The translations under genes were made by a program, and so were the position numbers. Positions 51,799-63,679 of a DNA stretch of 64,000 bases are shown here, piece after piece. The stretch is taken from the NCBI RefSeq assembly GCF_006345805.1, contig NC_042998.1:85808001-85872000 (forward strand), in the 5' to 3' direction. The stretch comes from Octopus sinensis. Its lineage: Eukaryota. Each line of letters starts with the position of its first letter. Positions within the stretch are counted from its first letter, which is position 1. The notes under the pieces are model-generated. The model did no database searches. It was not told the DNA's origin and was given only the letters and a program-made list of their open reading frames with translations.

Positions 51799-52688
51799 CA
51801 AGGGGGTACCCCAAAGAAACCAAAGTTTTGCAATGTTATTTTATTCATTTAGTTTTATATGTTTATACTTTTATTGCCTTCAAAGTATTATCGATTTGAA
51901 GCAATGCATTAGTCCAGATGAATTTGCCCCTGTTTAAAGCACTGCTAGAGCTCTTGCGAAGTGATGCCTTTTAATGCCTCCATTACATTTTTCTTCACCC
52001 CTTCCACATCTGCCAATTCTACAGCACCAATGTTGCACCTTTGAAAAAAGGTCTGGATGAACTTCCAACTGTTCTTTCAGTTTACGAAATGCATTCAGTT
52101 ACGACTGCGTTTGATCTTCTGTGAGCATGTGAGGCACAAATTTTGCTATAACTCTTTCCATTTGCAATTCCTCACTCAGAATTCATTGGCAGGAGCTCAA
52201 GGACACATCAGTTATATCAACAAGTTTGTCAACTGTCAGTAATGGTATTCCTAGATCAGTTTATGAATTTTCATGTTTTCATTTGTTTGGGAAGTTGATG
52301 GTTGCCCTGAATGAGATTGGTTTTCAAGTGACAAGTGACTGTTCCTAAAGCATGAAAACCACTTGTAAACTTGTGTTTTGTTCATGATAGCATCCTTGTA
52401 AGCTGTTTGAAGCATGACAACTATTTCAGCTGCCATTTTCTCCAGTAGAAAACAGAATTTCACAGAAACTCACTTTTCCCTTGTTTCAGCCATCACAAAA
52501 ATCGATGAACAAGGGAGAAGCACTGCAAAACAAAGACGCACCATATGGCAATAGGACTACATCCAATGATGCCGGTTGGCAGACTGGTGCCTGAGGGTTG
52601 AATCAAGTGGGTTCCAGTGGTGGAAGCCCAAACTACAACAGGCTCATCCCACAAAGAACGTTTCCGATTGCTTTTGGGTACCCCCTTG
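51799..52688 (-). mobile_element. Internally deleted mariner element
   Basis: TIRs CAAGGGGGTACCC at both ends flanked by TA; minus strand encodes mariner N-terminus (KFCFLLEKMAAEIVVMLQTAYKDAIMNKTQVYKWF...SGQPSTS, AKFVPHML) joined near 52020 to C-terminal ADVEGVKKNVMEALKGI; catalytic core missing. Confidence 0.85.
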
Positions 52689-52702
52689 TATGAGTATAAT
52701 AT

Positions 52703-52744
<42 letters not shown>

Positions 52745-53562
52745 ACGTCATCATCATCAATGTTTAGTGCCTGCTTGCCATGCTAGCATGGGTTGGACGA
52801 TTTGACTGAGGACTGGCGAACTTGATGGCTGCACCAGGCTCCAATCTGATCTGACAGAGTTTCTACAGCTGGATGCCCTTCCTAATGCCAACCACTCTGA
52901 GAGTGTAGTGGGTGCTTTTATGTGCCACCGGCACAAGGGCCAGTCAGGTGGTACTAGCAATGGCCATGCTCAAATGGTGATACATACACACACACACACA
53001 TAGATATACACACACATATGTACATACATACTAACAAAATATATAAATATACACATACATGCATACATACATACCTACCTACCTACATACATACATACAT
53101 ACATACATACACACACCACACACATACATACATACATACATACATACTACATACATGCACACATACATACATACACACACATACGTATATACATAACATA
53201 CATACGTACGTACATACATACAGACATACATACATATACATACAAATACACACATACACACACACATAGATAGATATAGATATATATACATACATACAGT
53301 GCTACACACACTGATACGATCCATTGTCATAACTTGTCATGCATATATTTGTCCTTTGATATCTGTGCATTACCAACCTAGTACTGAAAGTCAGAGCATA
53401 TTCACATTATACAAGGTATTTCATATTTTTTATTCTTATATATTTGAAGATAGGATGAAAATTATAATATCAGCACAATCACAGGCAAGTAGAAGTTGGT
53501 TCCTTCACAATAGGAATAATAGGGCTCATTACATCTGGATATTCCATTGGTGTTGGTCTCAC

Positions 53563-53645
53563 ATTTCCAAAAGATGATGCACAAAAGAGTGCTTTCCATA
53601 TTTGTGTTTTTAGGTAATTTCCACAGATTATATCAATATTTCCAA
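53563..53645 (-). CDS. Candidate exon of unidentified minus-strand gene
   Basis: cccatttttcttcaaag| acceptor; phase-1 frame GNIDIICGNYLKTQIWKALFCASSFGN, then |gtgaga (alternative donor |gtaatg after MEYPD). Phase-compatible with the 57.0 kb micro-exon. Confidence 0.35.
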
Positions 53646-54415
53646 CTTTGAAGAAAAATGGGACATATGTGAGCATGAGATGAAATTTCTTGATCCTATA
53701 CTTGTTGAATGGAACTTTTTAAAAGTTTTTTTTTCCAAAGCAATGGTGACATCTCTTAATTATAACCACCTACTTCATATATCTTTAAGGGTAGATATGG
53801 ATTTTGGTGAGATTGAAAAATCAATCAGTTTATTGCTTTTTGCAGCCTTTAACCTTTAGCATTTAAACCGGCCATATCCGGCCAAAAGTATTCTGCCTGT
53901 TTTATGGCCAGATCTGGTCTCTCACACCAACCCTACAATATCGTTTTAAAAATTAACAGCTACCTCATCAAAATCTCATAGCTACAAGATAATGCATGGC
54001 TAGTTCAAAACAATGTGGATGAAAAAGCATTAATTTGGGTAGAATAATGCAAACACTAAAGGTTAATTGAGTTGATTTAACCATGGGAGAGATTGTACAT
54101 AGTAATGGCATGATGCAAGTTTGCTTTAATTGAAATGGATGGAACAATTGTAAACTAAGTAATAAATGCAATTTTCTAACTCCATTCTGTAATACATTTT
54201 TTTTTATTATATATACTCTGCAGATGTTTTGTGGATTTTCAGATTATTGGTGCAGTGGCATCCTGAAAGACTTTCCCACATTTCAGCTTTTAGATAACCC
54301 CAAGCATAGGAGTGCTTCATATGGTAAATGCTTGGCTTATATATTTCAATTCCCTTACTATATACATATATACATACATACATACATACATACAATACAT
54401 ACATACATACATACA

Positions 54416-54449
<34 letters not shown>

Positions 54450-54478
54450 CATACATACATACATACGTACATACATAC

Positions 54479-54516
<38 letters not shown>

Positions 54517-54844
54517 TTAAATGTATAAATATATTATAATTACAATGAAGAGCACATAGATAGTACCAGCATTGCTAGAAATCGGAGTAAAAAAATGACT
54601 CAAAACCAATGTAATCACTTATACACTAGTGTGTATAATTGATTATAGAGTCTGGTGTGATGAATCTACAAGCATACAAAACATCTAAGAGTATATTTTC
54701 CCTTTGAAGAGAATATGCTCAGAAATATGAACTTAATATTCAATTAATTTCACTGTATAACTGAAACAGCTGTAAGGAACAATGATCGATTTGCTGTTGA
54801 TAATAAACTCTTATTAACTCCACAATCTCCATTTGCAGCCATCT

Positions 54845-54926
54845 CAGCTAGCAGGACTTGCTACTCTTGACTGATGATGGGCAAGACCCAGAAACATGCA
54901 TGTCTTCAGGTGCTAATCCTAGCTGG
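54845..54926 (+). ncRNA. Putative type I hammerhead ribozyme
   Basis: CTGATGA (54871-77), stem II TGGG-caaga-CCCA, GAAA (54891-94), palindromic stem III ACATGCATGT, GTC cleavage triplet (54902-04); flanks cagctag.../...ctagctg form an extended imperfect stem I. Confidence 0.6.
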
Positions 54927-55425
54927 CGGGGGAGCATGCCTCCCCTTCGCAAATATAAGGACACAGGAAATGTGTCAAAGTCGACAGGAAGCGTCGATGC
55001 TTCCTAGGGCTAAATAGGGGTGGTGTGATTCCCTTTATGGGACTGTCACATTGAGTTGACAGTATACAACCACTATATATATATATATACATATATTATA
55101 TATATATATATATATATATCCAAAATAGAAATCCCATAGCATACCTCGAGGTACTTGGGGTACTTAAGTGTGCTTATGACTTAGTGTTTATTTCTTCCAT
55201 GGGTACAAGTAAGTATCTCATTTATTTTCTTATCTTATTTATCGCTGATGACGAGAAAATTCTAAATGAATTAACTCAGAAATTGGGACCGATCCGATAA
55301 TAACGAAATTTTTTAGAAATTTCTCTTGGTTTGCTTATAGTGATAACTTATATGGTTATTTACGATTAAGTCCATTTCGGCATATTTGGCATTGAAATTT
55401 TTTTCTTTTGCCCTTGTTTATAAGT

Positions 55426-55460
<35 letters not shown>

Positions 55461-55573
55461 TGGTAATTAGTAAGGGATTTCTCCAAATGTTTACCAGGTT
55501 GCTCACAGTTAGGTATTAATAATTCTTATACGATAAGAATTCAGAGTTATATTCTGTTGGATAATTCCAAATA

Positions 55574-56822
55574 CAGGGATTGGAAAAAGTAATGGAAACA
55601 CCTAGCATCATAACATCATAATTTTGAAATATCTATAAAACCATCAAAAGCTTGTTTATTTTTATCTTCTTTGATTTATTATTCATGTTGCTTAATATGT
55701 TTTGCTAAAACTGCTGTTTCTTTTTGGATATCATCAGAAAAAGGTAATTAAAATTCATTAAAATGACAGATCTATCAGACTTTCAGAGAGGTCAAATTGT
55801 TGGTGCTCATATGGCAGGTGCTAGCATAACAGCCAAAATGTTTGGTGTATCAAGAAGTACTGTCTCAAAAGTAATGACAGCCTTTGAGAAAGAGGGAAAA
55901 ACTTCTTTGTCGAAACAAAACTCCGGAAGAAAACCAAAAATTTCAGATAGGGACCGTCAGAATCTTACGTGAATTGTTAGAAAGGATCACAAATGTACAG
56001 TTCCCAAAATTACTGCAGAGCTTAATGATCACCTTGAGAACCCAGTTTCCACAAAAATTGTTCACCGGGAGCTGCACAAAGCTGGATTTCATGAGAGGGC
56101 TGCCATCAGAAAACCACTACTTTCAAAAACAAATGCTGCAAAGCATTTAGAGTGGAGTAAAAACCCACAGAATTGGTCCCTAGAGCAGTGGAAGTATGTT
56201 ATTTTCTCAGACAAGTCATCCTTTACGTTATTTCCAACCATCAACCTAGTATACATGTGGAGACAGTCAAAAGAAGCATTTGTCCCAGACTGCCTTCTTC
56301 CAACTGTTAAACATGGAGGAAGATCTCTAATGATCTGGGGCGGAGGACTATATCTTGGTAATCCGCTGGTTCAATGGTTTCCCTTCATGGCAGAATTAAT
56401 AGTCAAGTCTATTTAAGCATTTTATCTGATCAAATTCATTGTATGGTTGTGGAACTGTTTCTGGAGGGAACCAAAATCTTTCAGGATGATAATGCACCAA
56501 TTCACACAGCTAAAGTTGTTACTGAATAGCACAAGGAACATTCTAGTGAAGTTGAATATCTTATCTGGCCACCACAGTCCCCAGATCTCAATATTATTGA
56601 ACATTTATGGTGCATTTTAGAAAAACAAGTAAGGAGTTGATATCCTCCACCATCATCACAACAAGAACTGGAGACTGTTTTAGCTGAAGAATGGACAAAA
56701 ATTCCTTTAGAAACAATTCAAACTTTGTATGAGTTCACACCTTGTAGAATTCAATCCTACTCCATATTAAAATTAATTTGTTTGAAATTTTAAGGTGTTT
56801 CCATTATTTTGTCCAACCCCTG
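55574..56822 (+). mobile_element. Full-length Tc1-like DNA transposon with DD36E spacing (inactive)
   Basis: 30-nt TIRs CAGGGATTGGAAAAAGTAATGGAAACACCT (55574-55603) and its 3-mismatch reverse complement (56793-56822), TA on both sides, 1249 bp. Confidence 0.92.
55763..56770 (+). pseudogene. Tc1-family transposase with frameshifts and stops
   Basis: MTDLSDFQRGQIVG...GRKPK (HTH/GRPR-like), IFSDKS (D at 56210), FQDDNAPIH (D at 56488), WPPQSPDLNIIEHLW (E at 56599), ends PTPY* at 56770; in-frame TAG/TGA and frameshifts. Confidence 0.9.
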
Positions 56823-56866
56823 TATATTTCCATATTACCTTTAACCATATAGGTTTCCTTTGAGTA

Positions 56867-56930
<64 letters not shown>

Positions 56931-57004
56931 TATAAGTTTAAAACATATGTTATTACATGTAATTTGCAAATGTTTTATCGTTTTAGTTATAATTAAGTAC
57001 TTAC

Positions 57005-57031
57005 TTTTTTTGGAAATCACTTCAGGAGGTT
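57005..57031 (-). CDS. Candidate micro-exon of an unidentified minus-strand gene
   Basis: catttctttcatttcag|AACCTCCTGAAGTGATTTCCAAAAAAA|gtaagta: near-consensus acceptor and donor, 27 nt, open in phase 1 (EPPEVISKK). Confidence 0.5.
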
Positions 57032-58395
57032 CTGAAATGAAAGAAATGACATTTTGAAAATGTTTGCTGGGATGTTTTTACTGTTATTTTCTTGTTTCTT
57101 TTTCTACACAGTGACATAAATACGCTAATAAATAAATAAATAAAAAAAACACACATAGACATAGATCTCCAGTCATGAGCAACTTGAAGGTCTAAAATAT
57201 TTATTTATCTGACAAAAAAAATACTTTGTTGATTAGCACTTTGCTTAAACTGGTCCCTTCACACTTAGTGTTTCCCCACTTTTTTTTCTGTAAATATCTC
57301 CATAATCTCTGTACTTCTGCCTTCAGGACAAGCTAATTGCTTTATAAGATTTATGTTAACATTTTCCTATCTCTGTTCTATCTCTACTCTATACTCCTTA
57401 TTAAATTTCTTCCTATCCTTAAACTTCAGCTTTTCATATTCAACTTTAACTGCTCTAGTTCATTCATTTGTTAGTTAAGGATTGTCTGGAGAATACCACT
57501 TCTCACATACAATAAAATACCAAACTTCATGGATATCTTGGTCATTTAAACATTGAACGTCTTCCTCTGCTTCGCCTGCACTGCATCAATCAGGATGTCC
57601 TGCTGAGCATCTCCTTTGCTGTTGCTTGCCAACTTCTTCGTTATCCAGCATGAACCAAACTTTGCATGCAGACACATTACATACACACAAGTATAAACAC
57701 ATACCAAACACACACATACACACACACACACATGCGTACACAATTGTATATATCCACACATACATACATACATACATGCATGCATACATACATACATACG
57801 TACGTATGTACAGGCTGTCCAATTCATATCAGCATAGACAACGGCTGTTAAATGTTGATGATGATGATGATAATGATGATGATATGTGCCTGTGTGACAC
57901 CATGTACAAGTGCCTGTAAGGTGTCACGTGAAGGCCTCCAGCACACTCTGTAAAGTGGTTACTGTTAAGAAGAGCATCCAGCCATAGAAACTATGCCAAA
58001 TCACACTGGAGTCTGGTGCCGTTCCCCAGCTTGCGAGCTCTGGTCAAACCATTCAACTCATGCTAGCATGGACAACAGATGTTAAATGATGATGATGATG
58101 ATCATCATCATCATTGTTTAACGTCCGCTTTCCATGCTAGAATGGGTTGGACGGTTCAACTGGGGTCTGGCAAGCCCGAAGGCTGCACCAGGCCAGTCAG
58201 ATCTGGTGATATATATATATATTTATATACACACATGACAAGCTTCTGGACAGTTATCTATTGAATCCATTCACAAAGACAGAAGCAGAATTACACAATT
58301 TTAGACTCCAATGGACAAGGGGAGGGGGCAGAGGGGGCAGTGGGGCATATATGTGTAAGTGTATATATATGTGTATATATATATATATGTATTTG

Positions 58396-58440
<45 letters not shown>

Positions 58441-58979
58441 CAAGCAAAGTAGCTAGTTATAAAATCTCAAGAAGAGATTGAGCAGTAAGGTATACTAAAC
58501 AGTAAAACCAGTCGCCACATCAAATTGGCTGTTGAATGTTGCTAGTAGTTTAACCACAGGTAGTTTCTCCACCTGTTGGTTATCAGTGCAGCTGGCGGAG
58601 AATCTGCCTGGGGTTAAACTAGTAGTAACATTCAACAGCCAATTTGATGTGGCAACTGGCTTCACAATATATATATGCATACATACATACATACATATAA
58701 ATACATATATGTATGCATGTATGTATGTATGCATATATATGTGTGTGTGTGTGTATGTGTGTGTGTGTATGTGTGTGTGTGTGTGTATGTGTGTGTGTGT
58801 ATATGTTTGGTTATTCTTTTATTGCTTTCAGTCATTTGACTGTGGCCATGTATCTTTTGCTGAATTGCTAAGTTAGGGGGACATAAAGACACCAACATGG
58901 GTTGTCAAGTGATGGTGAAGAGACAAGCACAGGTACACAAACACACACATACACACACACATAACCATACTGCATCTCA

Positions 58980-60115
58980 TCTAGATTAACTCTCTAATTA
59001 ATTGAAGTACGACTCTCTGTAACTCTCATCACCTGATCCAACAATCTGGTACCTCTGTAATTATTTCTATCTAAGGCATTACCTTTATGGGTGACCATAA
59101 CCCACACTACCAGACATTTTAAACATCTCAGAGGTGATTCCTGATGGGCCAAATGCTTTCCTTGTCTTCATATCCTTAATTGCTTTATCTACCAAGGTAC
59201 TGTTGATTCAAGTAGCTGGTCCCTCAATTGGGCCATTCCTCCCATTCATTCTCCATGTTCAGCAGTCTTTCATAATCGCATCTCCAAGCCCCTTTCTTAG
59301 CAGAATTCCCAAATGCAAGTGTACCATCATCCATGCAGACACGTTTCTCTCCTATGAATCACAATTTTCTCTCACACATTGTCTTGCATTCCAAAACACT
59401 TCAATCTATGGTCCTCATGTCACTGAACATAGTCAAACTTCTTTTCTGCTTCTACTTTGGCAAAATATACCTGTCTCTTAGCTTCCCTACTGGTTACCTG
59501 ATACAGTTCCCTGCTACTTCTACTCTTCCAGGCCTGTTTCGTTGTTCTAATGGCCCTGTCTACAGCATTGTTCCACCACCACATTGCCCTATACACCATG
59601 GCTCCCATGTACACCATGGAAAATACTAGGCTGCCATCTGACATGTCCATTGAAATCTCCAGCCACAAAGATGAGATCATTGTCACTCATCTTTGAGGTA
59701 GCCTGCAGAAAAATATCATAAAAGTGGTCCTTCTGTTCATTTATGGGACATAAGCAGAGATAATTGTCACTATACTATTCTGCATGACTAGCCTGAGCAT
59801 AAGTACTCTATTGCACACTCTGACTACCTCTATGACCTTATCCACCCATTTCTCTGCAAGAAGTATGCCCACACCACCTACCCCATCACTGTTACTTTCT
59901 CAGAAGATTTTATACCCATGTGTCTTGCCTGTGAGGAACCTGGCTGAACTTCCTCTCCACCTTACCTCTTGGATGTTATAAACATCAATACGTTTCTGCT
60001 CAAGCATCTTAACAATTTCACTAGACCCACCTTACCTTTCAGTGTGCCTACATTGACAGTGCCAACTCTGAAAACTGGAAAAGGGATGTGGGAGGAAACA
60101 TGGGAAGGAGAGATG
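58980..60115 (-). mobile_element. RTE LINE 5' half (AP endonuclease to pre-RT linker)
   Basis: FRVGTVNVGTLKG, GVGGVGILLAEKWVDKVIEV, AGDFNGH, WWWNNAVDRAIR...YQVTSREAKRQV. Confidence 0.85.
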
Positions 60116-60589
60116 GTATTCAGCATATATATAAAGTCATAAATGACGCAGAAATAGTTTGATGAAATTTTATTTAACAATAACAAAATTCAAATATCAT
60201 AACGAAATGTTTTGTAATTTAAAAACATGTAAATAATTTATATTATTATATTTAATAATAAATAAATAATTTACATGTCTGCATTAATGCAAAATGCATA
60301 AAATCTTTCAAAATAACCCAGAATTTACGTTACATTCTCAGGTGACTTCAGGTGAAAGAAAGTCTTTGTTAAATACTAAATTAGAATTTAACAAAGACTT
60401 TCTTCCACCTGTGGATACCTGAGAATGTAGCAAGAGGGCAAGAGAGAGAGCAGGATGACTAAATATATCATTGTGTGTATGTATATTTGTATGTATGTAT
60501 CTATGTAGGTGTGTAAGTGTGTTTATATATATATATATATATATATATTTATGTGTGTGTAATTGTGCATGTATGACAGAATATATCAT

Positions 60590-61558
60590 ATATCACAAAG
60601 GATCTCTCTCTCAGAGTGAAAGGCAGATTGTATGATGCACGTGTGTGAACAGCCATGCTACAAGGCAGTGAAATATGGGCTGTGACAGCTGAGGACATGG
60701 ATAGGCTTGAAAGAAACGAAGCCAGTATGCTTCACTGGATGTGCAGTATCAATGTGCATGCTTGGCAGAGTGTAAGCATCTTAAGAGAAAAGTTAGATAT
60801 AAGAGGCATCAGAGATGTGGTGTGCAAGAGACACAACTGAACTAGTATGTTCATGTGATGCATATGGACGAGGATAGCTTTTTAAAGAAGTGCCAATCTC
60901 TAAACTGTGGAGGAAACCTGTGGATGAAGTAGACTCAGGAAGACATGGGATGAGGTGGTGAAGCATGATCTTTGAACTTTGTGTCTCACAGAGGCAATTA
61001 TTAGTGACTAAAACCTTTGGCAATATGCTGTGCTTGAGAAGACCAACCAAGCCAAGTGAAATCGTAGTCACGGTTGATGTTGGTGTCACATAACTGGCAC
61101 CTATGCTGGTGACACATAAAGAGCACCGTTCGAGCATTAGGCCTCACAGAACAAAGTGGCTGAGTTCCTCTCAAGTGTTGGGCCTCACAGAGGCAAAATG
61201 GCCGAGTTCCTTTCAAGCACTGGGCCTCATGAAGGCAAAGTGGCTGAGTTCCTTACAAGTGTTAGGCCTCAGTGAGGTAATGACCTAGACCTTTGGTATT
61301 ATGTTGTGCATGAGAAGAAAATCCATCAAGCTGAGCAAAATTGCAGATACTGGTGTCACACAAATGGCACCCGTGCTGTGGCATGTAAAAGTACCCATTA
61401 CGCTTTTGGAATGGCTGACGTTAGGAAGGGCATCCAGCCATAGAAAACCATGCCAAATCAAACTGAAGTCTGGTGCAGCCTTCCAGCTTACCAGCCTTGG
61501 TCAAACCATCCAATCCATACCAGCATGGACAACAGACCTAAAATAATGATAATGATAT
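60590..61558 (+). mobile_element. RTE LINE 3' end
   Basis: SLRVKGRLYDA...MLQGSEIWAVTAEDMDRLERNEASMLHWMC, followed by the same 3' UTR/tail as the 36.6-38.2 kb copy. Confidence 0.85.
61135..61275 (+). repeat. ~42-bp tandem repeat (3 units plus partial) inside an RTE 3' UTR
   Basis: Unit ttgggcctcacagaggcaaagtggctgagttcctttcaagtg with substitutions. Confidence 0.8.
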
Positions 61559-62006
61559 ATCATCATTATCATCATCATTTAATGTCTGCCTTCTATTCTA
61601 GCATGGGTGGAACGGTTTCACAAGAACTGGCCAGGCAGAAGCCTGTACCCGACTTCTGTGTCTGTTTTGGCAGGAATCTTACAGCCGAATGCCCTTCTTA
61701 ACACTCACTACTCAGTAGAGAAGACTTAGTGCTTTTTACGCGGCACAAGCACTGATGAGGTCAGCTTGGCAAGGTTTTTACGACTGCATGCCCTTCTGAA
61801 CACCAATCACTTTACAGTGTCGGTTGGGTGCTTTTAAGTGGCACCTGCACTGACAGGGTCACTAAGAAGAAAAAGAAGAAAAAGAAAAAACAACTTTCAA
61901 GAGGGGAAGGGGCATAGGAAGTGGTGATCTTGAGTTGGATGATGAAAGCTTATAGTGAGACAGAAACAGGTGTCTTGCTGTAGAGGAAATACAAGGTTAC
62001 CCGGCT

Positions 62007-62035
62007 AGAGAGAGAGAGAGAGGGGGGGAGGGAGG

Positions 62036-62110
<75 letters not shown>
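62007..62110. repeat. (GA)n polypurine microsatellite
   Basis: About 100 nt of uninterrupted purines. Confidence 0.95.
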
Positions 62111-62116
<6 letters not shown>

Positions 62117-62799
62117 AATGACTACTGCAAAGAAAATACATGGTTGCCCAACCTGAGGTAAGTGCAGGAGAAGGAGGGAGAGAGTGGAAGACAGCAGGAT
62201 AGAGAAGGTGGCAAAATGTAGGGCATACTCACAAGGGATGGAGATCAGAATATAAATGGGATGGTTAAGTAAAGGAAGAGAGAGATATAGATGGTGGCTA
62301 GTGCCAGGGTACACCCATGAGGTTTGGATGCCATAATGTAAGTGACAGGATATTGCAAAGGAAGTGTGATTAAAGAGTGTGGGGGAGGGAAGTGAGTGGC
62401 AAAAACCTAGGCATATATAGAGTTGGGGGTGGATTACCAGATAACAATGATACAGAGGAACAGGGTCATGAGAACAGGATTGGGGAGTGAGAGGTAGGCA
62501 TAGTGTATGAAAGAGAAAATGTGAGGAAGATAAGAGATGTAGATTGGTTTGTTGGGGTAGGGTGAATGAAAAGTTTTCTTGTTATGTGTGGGTGGAACAC
62601 ACAGGTTGGGGGCTAGTGGAGAGCAATCATACAGTGGGACAAGGCCAAGAGGACAAGATTGAGGAGTGGGGGGGTACGTATAGTGCATGAAGCGGAAATG
62701 TGATTAAGAGAAGAGATGTAGAGATGTAGTTTGGTTTGTTGTGGATGAGTGTGTGAGAAGTTTTCTTGTTAAGTGTGGGAGGGACACACAGCCCTTCTA

Positions 62800-62965
62800 G
62801 ATCTCAGTTTTGCTGATGTGGGCAGGTCTTCTCAAGAACTTCATATTGCCAGACATCTTGGTCCATTGTCATTTCCTCCATGAGGCCTAACATCCTGAGA
62901 CCAGTCCTTAACTACTTCATCTCACATCTTCCTGGGTCTCCCTCTTCTGTGGGTACCATCCACTT
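62800..62965 (-). mobile_element. RTE ORF2 terminal fragment
   Basis: agagggagacccaggaag...ttaggcctc...gaccaagatgtctggcaatatgaagttcttgagaagacc resembles the ORF2 end of the 37.7 kb copy. Confidence 0.6.
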
Positions 62966-63389
62966 TCAAGTTGTTTTGTCAATAAAATACACTGGGACAC
63001 CAGTTGTCATAATCAACAGAGTGCCAGCTTTTTAAAATAAAATAAACCAACGGCAGTAATCTGTAGAACCGGCTGTTCGAGAAAACAGATATTACAGTCA
63101 GCCAAACTTTATATAGATACTTAATGCTAGCTAATTAGCAGATAATCTAATGTAAAAGCACAGCTCCATCTGGACTACTCCATTTCTGCACGCTAATTTT
63201 ATTTTTAATTTGTTCCCATTCATGTGAAACCACTTATTCAAGTTCAAGTCATTGATGCAATTTTATACCAATTGCTATTTTTACTTTTGTTAGGTTACGA
63301 TTATATTATACTTTAGTTTGATTTTAATTATTACTTACTACATATAATTCAATTGTTATTATTATTTTTATTGTTAAAATGAAAGTATC

Positions 63390-63654
63390 TAACATAAAAT
63401 AGAGAAATATTTTTGTTTCACTTTTAACACGTAATACTGAAATAGTGGAGAAGATATGACATTGCTATGGGCTCGCTCTAAGCAAGAAGTTAAAAATGTT
63501 TTTTGCTGATGACATTCCCCAGACCCTAAGTAAGGCATGTGTAAAATTTGAATGAAATTGGTTGTGTAGTTCTCAAGTTTTAGGGAAACACACAGACAGA
63601 CAGACACACACACACACACACACACACACATTCTCAGTTTTATATATATATAGA
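63390..63654 (-). mobile_element. Helitron-like 5' fragment
   Basis: Minus strand begins TCTATATATATATAAAACTGAGAATGTGTG...(TG)n(TCTG)n, the same architecture as the 48-50 kb elements. Confidence 0.5.
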
Positions 63655-63679
63655 TATATATATATATCAATGGAGAACT

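Noticed and set aside
55235-55330. CTGATGA...CGAAA as a third hammerhead
   Set aside because: No pairable stem II or stem III between or after the motifs.
57540-57670. Coding-like GC-balanced segment (KLASNSKGDAQQDILIDAVQAKQRK)
   Set aside because: No convincing splice sites or recognisable family; flanked by microsatellites, probably a repeat fragment.
61135-61275. Regularly spaced repeats resembling a CRISPR array (also 39230-39470)
   Set aside because: Contiguous tandem units with no unique spacers, inside a eukaryotic LINE UTR; no cas genes.
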